A DNA stretch of 64,000 bases from a virus. The stretch covers positions 32,001 to 96,000 of IMG/VR virus record IMGVR_UViG_3300032282_005553. One strand, given 5' to 3'. Shown piece after piece: positions 20,091 through 31,400 of this stretch (its first letter is position 1; each line of letters begins with the position of its first letter). Both the position numbers and the translations under genes were made by a program. The notes under the pieces are model-generated. The model was not told where the DNA came from, made no database searches, and saw only the letters and a list, made by a program, of their open reading frames with translations.

Positions 20091-21137
20091 GTGCTAACAA
20101 ATAAAGCCGTAGAATCATTAATTCATAGAATATTGTCTGGAAGATTAATTTTTGAATATTTTGATAGAACTTTTGAACTTAAAAAGCCATCATTAGATCT
20201 AAAAATTAAAGCAGATTTGATCTACCAACAATCTTATGAATCTAATTTATATGATAATTTTTGGTTAATAGAAGACATACCAAATCTTGCTATAGATATT
20301 GGCATACTAGATATTTCTTATAGAGATATTATAAAAAAAATAGAAAAAAAAATAGATATCCAAAAAATGGATCTATATAAAGAATTTTCTAATCAAAATC
20401 AAAAGAAAAAAAATAAAACAAAAATTGCACAGAGTAAACGAAATTTAAATGAAGAATATAATAAATTGCATTATTTAGACTATTTATCATTAGAACATTA
20501 TTGTGATAAAATTAAAAATGAATTTCTTATATCTAATACATTGTATTATTTTGATACCGGAGACCTGGTTTTTTATCCAGGATCTATAGACTACAATATG
20601 TTCAATTCTTTAATAGTAAAAATATCTGAACATATTATTACAATAGAAAACTATAAACAAATTGCCAGACATGAATATTGGAAAAATTTATGGAGTAATA
20701 ATAAATTTAATATTATATCTGAAGGAGTAAATGAATGGTCTGATGAACAAAAAACACTTTTTAATATTGCTGCTATGTATGATAGAATAGCTGAACATCC
20801 AGAGTGTCCGTCGCAAGAAATTATTGAGGACGATGATGCGCTTGATGGCTGGATGATTTTCCAAAAAGAAAAAAATAACAAAGAAAAACGTCAAAAGGGT
20901 GTAGATAATATGTTGTCAGACAAGATTAGGAATTCGTCTGAGATATTTTTGGTTCCCAGCAATAAAGAGGAAATATCTGAAATTCAGGATCTCAACTCTT
21001 TTGAATCAAGACAGAGGTCAGTTCAAAAATTTGATTATATAGCAGCTAACAAAGATAAAAATATTGAGGAAATACAATTGCCGGACGTAAAAGCAAAAAT
21101 ACAACAAGAATTATTAGATAAAGGAAGGAAAAAATAA
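20091..21137 (+). CDS. Hypothetical protein, putative tail assembly chaperone
   Basis: Helical, charged; between tube and TMP genes; YDRIAEHPECP...DDDALDGW motif. Confidence 0.55.
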   Translation: MLTNKAVESLIHRILSGRLIFEYFDRTFELKKPSLDLKIKADLIYQQSYESNLYDNFWLIEDIPNLAIDIGILDISYRDIIKKIEKKIDIQKMDLYKEFSNQNQKKKNKTKIAQSKRNLNEEYNKLHYLDYLSLEHYCDKIKNEFLISNTLYYFDTGDLVFYPGSIDYNMFNSLIVKISEHIITIENYKQIARHEYWKNLWSNNKFNIISEGVNEWSDEQKTLFNIAAMYDRIAEHPECPSQEIIEDDDALDGWMIFQKEKNNKEKRQKGVDNMLSDKIRNSSEIFLVPSNKEEISEIQDLNSFESRQRSVQKFDYIAANKDKNIEEIQLPDVKAKIQQELLDKGRKK

Positions 21138-21139
21138 AC

Positions 21140-21445
21140 ATGTATTATGACCCAGAAAGACTAAGATTCTATGTAGAAAAAAGAATACAAACCACCATGA
21201 TAGGCGCACTAGCTAGAATAGAAAATACATTTGGACACCTTTGGGGACAAGATAAAGAAGGTGAACTTACTCGCGAAGAAGAAGAGTTTGCTGACGCATG
21301 GGATTTTTTGAGAAACGATATATTGAATTATGGAAACAAACAAATAAGACAAGTAAAGGAAGATTTTTATAAGTATGGTGGACTTTTCAAAAATACGTAT
21401 AATTATACTTTTAAAGTAAGAAAGGATGATAGTAATGAAAATTGA
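21140..21445 (+). CDS. Hypothetical protein (101 aa)
   Basis: AAGGAAGG RBS; tight operon packing. Confidence 0.7.
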   Translation: MYYDPERLRFYVEKRIQTTMIGALARIENTFGHLWGQDKEGELTREEEEFADAWDFLRNDILNYGNKQIRQVKEDFYKYGGLFKNTYNYTFKVRKDDSNEN

Positions 21446-22313
21446 AACATTTAAAGTTAAAAAGGATGACAAGGAAATTGAATTAGCAGTAAGGTCACCA
21501 TCTCTAGAAGATCAAAGAGAGGCCCAAAAGATTTACAATCAGGCATTTACAGATGCTATAAAATCTAAATCTGTTGTTAGGGCAAAACTCGATGATTTAC
21601 TAGAAGATCAGGGGCTATGGAATCAAGAAAAGCAGGCTAAGTTCACCGAACTACAACAGCAAATCCTTGATGGAGAAAAAAGATTAGCTAAGGGCGGCTT
21701 CTCACTTAAAGAGGCCAAAAATCTTGCTATAGAAATGAAAAGAACCAGAGAAGAAATTAGAGAATTAATTAGTGTTAGAACAAGTTTGGACAATCATAGT
21801 GCAGAAGGTCAAGCTGATAATGCTAAGTTTAATTATTTAGTATCTTCTTGTGTGGTGTATAAAGAGAATAATCAGAAATATTTCAAGAATCTAGAAGATT
21901 ATATGAATAAGTCTGATGATCCTGCTGCTCTATTAGGGGCGCAAAAGTTGGCTAATATGATTTACGGATTGGATAACAACTTTGAAAAGAACTTGCCAGA
22001 AAACAAGTTTTTACAGAGATATAAATTTGTTGATGAAAAACTAAGACTCATTAATAAAGACGGTAAATTGGTCGATATCGATGGTCGATTAATTGATGAA
22101 AATGGTCGATTTATTAATGAAAAAGGAGAATTTGTCGATAAAAACGGAAATAGGGTAGATAAAGATGGAGAATATATTGTTGATTCTCAACCATTCCTTG
22201 ATGACGATGGCAGGCCCATCCTATTAGAAAATGAAACCAACAATCAACCAGTGCAAGAAACCAAGGTCGTTGAATCAGCAGAATCAGTCGAAAATAAGAC
22301 AGATTCTAACTGA
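21435..22313 (+). CDS. Putative tail assembly chaperone with C-terminal (D/N)xxGx(L/F)(I/V) hairpin repeats
   Basis: AAGGA RBS favours ATG 21435; directly upstream of TMP; tandem INKDGKLV/DIDGRLI/DENGRFI/NEKGEFV/DKNGNRV/DKDGEYI repeats. Confidence 0.55.
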   Translation: MKIETFKVKKDDKEIELAVRSPSLEDQREAQKIYNQAFTDAIKSKSVVRAKLDDLLEDQGLWNQEKQAKFTELQQQILDGEKRLAKGGFSLKEAKNLAIEMKRTREEIRELISVRTSLDNHSAEGQADNAKFNYLVSSCVVYKENNQKYFKNLEDYMNKSDDPAALLGAQKLANMIYGLDNNFEKNLPENKFLQRYKFVDEKLRLINKDGKLVDIDGRLIDENGRFINEKGEFVDKNGNRVDKDGEYIVDSQPFLDDDGRPILLENETNNQPVQETKVVESAESVENKTDSN

Positions 22314-22350
22314 TAATTGTGTTAATACTTATTTGATTTTTGCAAACACT

Positions 22351-22389
22351 CAGCACCACATTGATACTCTCAGTGTGGTGTTGTTTTTT
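22351..22389 (+). terminator. Rho-independent terminator-like hairpin between chaperone and TMP genes
   Basis: 14-bp stem cagcaccacattga / tcagtgtggtgttg (two G-U pairs), 5-nt loop, followed by a T run. Confidence 0.7.
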
Positions 22390-22411
22390 GTATCATAAGG
22401 AATTATAAAAA

Positions 22412-25400
22412 ATGGCTAAAGGATTTAATTTAACAGCAGAAATTAATCTAAGAGGACCAGCGAACATTCGTACGGTCGTTGCCGATATACGTCGTCAATT
22501 AGGTACTGTTTCAGCGAACGTTAATGTAAAAGTGAATCCTGCATCATCCAGAAATATAGCTGGATTAAATCAAGCATTAACTAATCTTAATAATACTCTT
22601 TCTCAGACGAATGTATTGGCAACCCAAGTTACGGCATCGCTAAATGCTTTGGCAACCGCTGGCGGAACAGCATCTACATCTCTTGGAGGACTCCCAAGAT
22701 CGATGGGCTCGGCAACAGCATCTCTTAATAGATTTAATGCTAGTGCAGCGAATACAGGAAATGCTCTTAGAGTTTCTCGAACAGAATTCGAGGAATTCGG
22801 ACGTCAAGCTGCTCTAGCAGTAAGAAGATTTGCTGCATTTTCTACTGTTACTAGCGTTGTATTCAAGGTAACGAACGCTATTAGTTCAGCATATACAGAG
22901 TTCGTTGCTTTTGATAAAGAATTAGTCAGAGTGGCACAGGTTACTGATTCATCACTATCTAGTTTATCTGGATTAGAAAGAAGCATCACAAATTTATCAA
23001 CATCGCTTGGTGTATCGTCACAAGACTTAATTAAAGTTAGTAGCACATTAGCTCAGGCAGGATTGTCTGCCAAAGACACAGAAAAATCATTGAAAGCTTT
23101 AGCATTAAGTGCTTTGGCTCCATCATTCGAGGGACTAAATGATACGGTCGAAGGTAGTATTGCTCTTATGAGACAGTTCGGTATACAGGCTGGCGATCTT
23201 GAAAAATCTTTGGGTTCTATCAACGCAGTATCTGCTAGGTTTGCTGTAGAGGCCGGAGATATTATTGCTGCCATTCAGCGCACTGGTGGTGTGTTTGCTG
23301 CTGCGTCTAGAGGAGTTAGCGAAGGTAAAGATGCCTTAAATGAATTTATCGCAGTATTTACTAGTATTCGTGCCACAACTCGTGAAAGTGCAGAGACAAT
23401 TGCTACAGGCTTAAGAACAATTTTTACAAGAATACAAAGATCTAGCACAATAGAAGCACTAAAAGAATACGGAGTCAATCTTACAGATATTGAAGGTAAG
23501 TTTGTTGGAGCATATAAAGCTGTAGAACTACTTAGTGGTGGACTTGGTAAACTAGACCCAAGAGATCTTAAATTCAGTAAGATCATAGAAGAACTTGGTG
23601 GATTTAGACAGATTGGTAAAGTTATCCCTTTGATTCAAGAGTTCGCAACCGCACAACAAGCGTTGGCTGTCGCACAAAAGGGTCAGGGATCTTTAAGTAC
23701 AGACGCCGCTACTGCACAACAGGCATTAGCTATCAAGATATCAAAGGTAAGAGAAGAATTTATCGCATTAATTAGGTCTGTATCAAAAAGTGATAGTTTT
23801 CAAAATTTTATCAATTTGAGTCTTGATTTAGCAAGTTCACTCATAAAGCTTTCTGATTCTGCAAAAGTTTTACTACCAGCATTAACTGCCATTGCAGCAA
23901 TTAGGGGTGCTAGTTTTATAACGCAATTTTCTAGAGGATTTGCTGGTGGTATAAGAACTCAACGCAATAACAATGGTGGTCCGATAAGAGGTTTCGCTAC
24001 AGGGGGCTTGGTACCTGGGCGCGGTGATACAGATACATATCCCGCTATGTTAACTCCTGGTGAGTTTGTTATACGTAAAAAAGCGGTAGATAAAATAGGT
24101 GTTACTAATTTACATAGAATTAACAGGGCATCTGGAGGATATATTCCAAAAGTAAAATCAGAAAGCTCTGAACCAAAACAATATTTTGATGGAGCAAGAT
24201 CACAAAGAACAGTACAAAAAACTAAAAATAGTGGAAGATATATCGCCCCCAAAGTTAGCATACCAGAAAGAGCACACATAGGTGGTGATCTTTATATAGA
24301 TCAATCCTTTTTAGTCAGATATCTAGAGAGATACTCTGCATCAAAACTAAAAAGATCTATAGGAGAATTTTCTGGTACAAAACCAGGCATGGCAGTAGGC
24401 GTTATTGGTGGAATGAGTAAAACAGAATATGATAAATTTATCAAAGAAAAATTAAATCTGTCAGTTAAAAAAAGAATACGTCTGAATTTCCCAAGAACAT
24501 TTAATCAGGCATTAAGAGCAACAGACCCAGGTCTAGTATTAAAGAACGATCTTGTAGACATCGTATCATCTGCTCCAGACTTGACCGATCCTTTAGGCGG
24601 CTTGTCTTCATCAGAAATCAATAAAATTAAACAAAATAGTATACGAAAAATAAGATCATTAAAAGCATTACCAGCATCATCTTATCGTAAAAACTTAGGC
24701 TGGAGATCTGACACACCAGACAGTCTCAAAAATGCCCCAGCATTTGATAGCGATTATCAGCTCAATCCTTTGGCTCAAATAATAGAATCTAGTGTCAATC
24801 AGACAACCAAACAGAAACTACAAAACAATATAGATTTATTATTCAGATCATCAAAAAAAGACGCAAAATATATCTCTAGCAAAACAGGCCAAGAAAGAAC
24901 AAGAACTCAATCAAGAGAATCTGCTAGATTATCTACTATAATGAAAAAATATAGCAATGATCCTAGAAATGTGCAAAGAAGAGAAGAGTCATATTATGAC
25001 AGAGGATTAGAAAACGCAATATCTTCTTTACCAGAAAAAAGAAGTCGTAAAAAATCACAAACTACTTCCAACTACCCAAAAGATCGTATACCATTTTATA
25101 TGTTAAATGCTGGTGGTTCAGTACAAAGATTTGCTGATGGTGGAGTTACCACTAGAAATGTGGGTTATATAGACAGTGATGCGCTAAATGATCCAGCAAA
25201 TAAAGCTTTAGTAGATGAGCAAATAGAAAAACTTAAAAAACAAGGAATCAAAATAGAAGGTGGATACAGAGGCTATAAACAATATCTATCGGACCTTGCT
25301 GCAAAAGCTCGTCAAGAAAAACAAATTGGAAGATTAACATCTATCGTAGGGTTACCCGGAGCCGGTAAGAGCACCATGATGATGGGTAGTTCTCAGGCTG

Positions 25401-28400
25401 ACAATGCCACAATGAGAAAAACTACCAGATTCCCCATATTGACACCTGAAGATATAACAAGATCATCCTCAGTAATAGACGTTACAGCAAGTGTAAATCC
25501 TAAAAAAATAGATGCTTCTCTACAAGCATCAGATAGAATAGTATCATTGTCTTCATCAACTAAAGAAGAACAACAAGAATTACGCAGAAGACGAAAATTA
25601 AGAAATAGACAAATAGAGTCCGGAACCTCAACAACCGGTTTTGGTCGCAGAGCAGGAACAACGGATTCCGCCCCAGTAGATAGTGGATATATTGAAGCTA
25701 TTTTACAATCAGAAATTAAAGACCCCAAGAAGATAAGAACACTTGGAGTGACACCAAAAGGATTTAGAACAAAAAGAGGAGATGATATACCAGAAATATT
25801 AAAGGAAAAAATTAATCTATATTATGGTAATTTTGGACCAACAACAGCAGGCCACGTTGCTGCTCAACAACAAGGAATGCAAGAATCCGCTAAAAGAGGT
25901 ATTTCAAAATCAATTGTGGCTGTTGGGATAGATACTCCAGTTAAATCTGGAGATGAGCACTCTACAAGATCAGCATTATTGAGCCAAAAAGAAAGAATTG
26001 CTTTAGCTAAAAAAGCATTCCCAGAGTCGTCTATAACCGCAGCGACAAAAGAAACCTTTGGTTTCGGATTACCATCTCTCTATGAAATAGAAAAGAGTGG
26101 AACAGACAGAAGAAGATTTGTTAAGCCATTGGGTGGTAGCACAGCCACAGTAGGAGACGAAAAAGGATCAAGTTCTTTACAAAAATATTTAGATGCTGGA
26201 TTCGATCCTAAAGATATATTAACTCTTGAAAGATTGGGTGGTATTAGTGGTACTAAAGTTAGAGAGGCTCTATTAAAGGGTGACACCAAAACCCTAAAAA
26301 AATTAACAAGTCCAGCAGTATTCGATATTCTTAGTAGAAATTCTGAAGTTTTTCAAAGAAGATCTAGTATTTTACCAAAAATTATGGAGCGTATAGGAAC
26401 TAGAGCAACTTCATCACTAGGAGCAATAGAGGCCGAACTTGCAAAATATCCAGGTAGACTAACTCCCAAGATCAAAGCTGAACACCCAGAATACGAAGAG
26501 ATAGTAGATAATCTTAGAAAACAAAGAGATAAAATAAAAGCAAAAGCTGAATCCCGTTCGGGATCGACAATGAGAAGATTATCTAGAATGTTTCCATCAG
26601 CATACGGTATTGATATTGGAGATACTCAAAAGTTTATGGCTGGAGAAGCAGTAAAAGCTAGGGTCGGCAGGAAAAAAGCAGAAAGACTACATGATACTGA
26701 CATTGGCGAGGCTAGAACAAAGACCGCTAGCGAAATTATTTCAGAATTGACCATCTCCAGTGCTCAACAAGTATTAACGGAAGCTGGTGGAGCTAGAGTT
26801 AATGCGAATACATTACTTAGAAAATCAAAACTTAATCCAGATGAGCTTAGACTAAAAGACAGTATTTTATCTGCATATGTCACTAAAGTTAATGCTAAAG
26901 CTAAAGAGGCAAGAGAAAGAGACTTAGGAGCAACAACATCCGCACAACAAGCTAAGACTTTATTTGGTGTCATAGGAATGTTTGGAAATGGTTTTCCGGC
27001 TGAAAATATAACTTTGGAAGATGGACTTAAAAAACCCACTACTGTTAGAGTATTTGGCGCTGTTTTAGATAAGAATAAAGCTGAAAAAGATGCTAGATTA
27101 GAACAAAGAAAGAATAGATTAAGCGCTATAAATACTAAAAGAACTATAAAAGGTAAATCGAGACTGTCAGACTCAAGAGCACAAGATATTGAAAATGCTC
27201 CCATGGCATCTGCTCTCAGCAAAGAGTATTTACAAGAAGATTTATCTGGAATTACAAAAAGGACGGGTATCACACCACAAATGACTCCTGCTCTTAAAAA
27301 ATCTTTAGCTGATAGTCAAGGATCTAAATTTCAAAATGATGTTACTGCAACCTTAATTAAAACTCCAGAAGGTAAGGAAATATCCGATTCTATGATGAGA
27401 GATAATCAGCAAAGAAGCATAGACTTTCCATATGGGATTGGTATGTCTATGGCCAAGAATTGGTTTAATAATGCTTTATTAGCGAATATACCAGTTGATG
27501 CCAAAAGAACACTAACAGGACCAAGAGGAAAATTACTTAGTAATATCACTAATTATTTAAAAACTAAAGGATTTGCTATAGGTGGACACATACCAGAAAA
27601 TAATGAAGATTCGGTTCCAGCACTATTGACACCCGGAGAATTTGTGATCAATAAAAAAGCAGCCCAAAGAATAGGTGCTGCTAAATTACATCAGTTAAAC
27701 AGAGCAGATAGAATAAAGGGTTTCAATAAGGGTGGTGCTGTTGGACCACAAAGATTTTTCCTAGGAGGAGGAGCATCTGCCAGACCAGGAGATAGTGCTA
27801 ATATAAATAATTTAATGGTTCCTGCTAGTTCTATCAATCAATTGAGACTAATAGTAGATGCTCTTGAAGAACTAGGAGTTAGTGCTTCAAAATCAGCAGA
27901 TCTACTTAAAAAAGGAGGAAGAGCTAGTATACAAGCAGCACATGCCGCATATGAAGCTGATATAGTAAGACTACGTATTGCTGGTGCTCCCATACAAACA
28001 GTAATTAATGCTGAAACACAATTAGCAAATATGAGGCAGCAAGCAACGAGACAAGTTGCAGCACAAAGACAACTTTCTGGAGTTGGTGGATCAAAACTAC
28101 AAAGAATAGATACGGCAGCCCAAAACAATATTCAGAGAATGGTCCAGAGAGCTCAAAATGCTGGAGTAAATCTTGATGAAAATCAAATGCGTCGCATTGA
28201 AGATTTAGGATATAGAAGAGCTGCTACGAGAGCGAGAATATCTCCAACACAAATGGCAGGATTAAATGGTAATGATTTACGTCAATTTATTAACAGTGCC
28301 ATGGGTGATCCTAAAACTTTTCAGCAAATGAATAAAACTTTTGAGACACAGAGAAAACAAGAAATATTAAGACAAATAAATATTGAAAGAGGAGTTACTA

Positions 28401-31400
28401 ACGATAAAAAAGAAATAGCAAATAGATCCAAAGAAGCCAGAATGCTCGCGAAGGAAGAATCTGATGCTCGTAGACAGATACTAAACCAAACTAGAGGATC
28501 GTCCGGTCCGGGCTCTGCTAGATCGCAAAGATTTAATCAGGCAATGTTTGGAGCTAGTTTTGTTTTACCAATGGTAGGTCAAATGATGGGTGGAGATCCA
28601 TCAAATGCAGGATCATCTGCTCAAGCTGGTCAGATCGCCGGTGCTCAAGGGGCCGTAAACATGGCTAGTACAGGAGCTATGGTGACGAGCATGGCCGCCA
28701 CAGGACCAATTGGAATAGCGCTAGGTGCTGCTGCTACGGCCGTTGCGACTTTTGGACAAGCCACTATGGATGCCCATAATGCAGTAATTGATTTTGAGAA
28801 ACAATTAGTTGCTAAAAAAGTAGAACATGCAATAGCTGATATCAATAAAATGTTTGAAAAATTAGCTAAAGATCTTAGTAATGTAGATATTCAAAATTCT
28901 ATAACCAAAAAATTAAACGAAGCCACCTCAATCTTAATTGATAATATGGAGTTCCAAAGAAGAACTGCTAAAATTTATTGGACAAATATCATTGATATGA
29001 TGGCAAATAATAATAATGCATCTAATGAAAGAAGTAGGATATTAGAAAAACATGGTACAGGGGCGTATCTGAATTCTACAGCGTTTGGACAAAATCCGGT
29101 TGGAATGACGCTTAATGCAATAGCTTTTGGTATACCTGATGCTATATACAAAGCATTTAATGGCAAAAGCATGTTTGCTGGATCAGAAGAGAAAGCGAAT
29201 CAAAATAGATACGAATATACCAAAATGATGATACCTGACCAGGCTAGAGAATCAGCTAGAGGGTTCGCTGACCTTGCCGATACTGCTACAAGATTAATAG
29301 AAGAAAAAATTAGATCAGGAATGAATGTTGATGATATCATTAATAATCCAGACTTTGAAAAATATGGAAGAAATTTGGCATTGGCTAATTCTTCGGTACA
29401 AGAACAAATTTTGACTCTTAGAAATAGTATTCTTGTTGCTGATGATGAGAAAAAAGCTAGAGAAGAATCAATTATCAAAACATATGCTGAAGAGGAAGCA
29501 AGAAGAAGAGCTTCTATTGTAGCAAGAGAAATCGAGATAAGAGAAGCTAAAAAAAGTAGCGCTAAAATGTCCAGATCTCTAGAAAGAATGTTCCAAAATA
29601 TGGAGCAAGCAATAAATAGAACAAATTTCGGACTGCAACGAATGGCTGATGAGTTGGATCTTGTAACATCTTCATTAACTGGACAGGCCAAGGCCGGAGA
29701 GGGAGTACTAAAAAGCATCAATGTACTACAAAATCCAAGAGCATACTCCTCAAGAGACTTCTCTGAAGCAAGTAATCAAGCGGCATCATTTTTTGGCGAT
29801 AATTCTGGATTAATGAATGGATTATTAACTTTAGGTAATGATATCGAAACAACAATTATGGGTACTATTAGTAGGACCCTATCGGAAAATGAAGGAGACA
29901 ATCAAGAAAAAATTTCTGTTGCTATTGAAAGGGCTGTAAAAACTAAATTAGCTGATCTTGCTTTGCCAGAAGACGTTTCTGCTAAATTAGCTAGAGAAGT
30001 AAAAAGAGCTCTTGATCAATTAAGAAAAGAAGGTGATCAGAAGATAGATTTTAGTCAACTAGAAGAACGCTTACAAGATATCAGTAAAGTTTTTGATAGT
30101 GCAAAAAGAGCACAAGAAATAGCCATAAAAGCTCTGGAAAACTGGAATAGTGCTCTTAATGCCTATGCAGAGAGTATGAATAGAATTGTCGAACTACAGA
30201 TCTCTTATCAAGCTAGAGCTAGAAAATCTACCGAACTACAAACGAATGCACAACTAGAACTTGCTAAAGTGCTCGGTAGAGATGTTTCTGTATCAGATAT
30301 TAAAGAAAAAAGAGACTCACAAATTCGTCAACAGACCGGTGGTTTAACATCTCCAGATAGTATAGCAAAAAACTTTGCTAACCTAGAAGAAAAACGCAGA
30401 CAACAAGAAGCCGCTATTGATGTAGCAAGAAATCAAGGAGCAAGAGGAGCCGAAGATTTCCAAAAGATGCAAAATAATTTGGCTAAGACCAATGTTGCTT
30501 TAAGAGAAAATTATGATGCTCTTAAAAATCTTGCTGAAAATTCTGATGTCGCTGCTGCTGCTCTCAATAAAGTACAAGAAGCTCAACAAAAACAACAAGG
30601 AAAAGTTAGTTTTATAGAAAAACTTGTGACCAGTACTCCAGACGAATACAACGCATTAAACAGAGCTGTTATTAGATTACAACGAAATATGAATGGCCAA
30701 ATGAATTCAATCAATAACAGTGTTGGTGCTCAAAAAGCATATGCAGAAGCTTTGAATGAAGGAGCTAGTGCTGCAGAAGCCATGAGAGCAGCTCAAGCGG
30801 CATTTGCTAATGAAAGAAAAGATACACTATCAGCATTAAATGATTTGTTACCATTCCTTGGCAATGGACAACAAGCTAATCAAATAAGAGCAAATACATT
30901 ACAATCTATGCTAAAAGAGAGTGGACTCGGCGTCTCTCCTCTGATGCAACAAATTTTAGATTCTTTAAGGAACCCTGAGCTTGATCCAGAAACACAAAAA
31001 GCAATTCAACTATATGAAGATGCTAATCAATTACAAATAGCAGCAAATAATTCTTTAGTAAAAATAGAACAAGCATTAGCTGATGCCACAGCAGATAAAG
31101 CAGCAAAAGCTATAGCATCTGCTTTAGAAAAAACAATATTGACTTTTAAAACAGCAGAACAACAAGATATTAATAATGGAGTTGCTCAAGGTAGAGCATT
31201 TGGTGGTATTATCTATGCTTCAGAAGGAATGTTTACTCCCAGAGGTACAGATACTGTCCCCGCTATGTTAACGCCGGGAGAATTTGTAGTTAATAAAGCA
31301 GCAACAGCTAAAAATTTAGGATTATTACAAAATATTAATAATAATCATTATAGCACTGGTGGAAAAGTTAATTATTATGCAGCCGGGGGTTATGTTAGCA

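Noticed and set aside
20331-20415. Poly-A runs as phase-variation or slippage sites
   Set aside because: They encode Lys-rich helix in an intact frame of an AT-rich gene.
21123-21142. Programmed -1 frameshift joining the 348-aa and 101-aa ORFs (AGG AAA AAA TAA; next ORF is in the -1 frame)
   Set aside because: Heptamer G AAA AAA is not a canonical X XXY YYZ site, the downstream gene has its own strong RBS, and the frame relation has a 1-in-3 chance.
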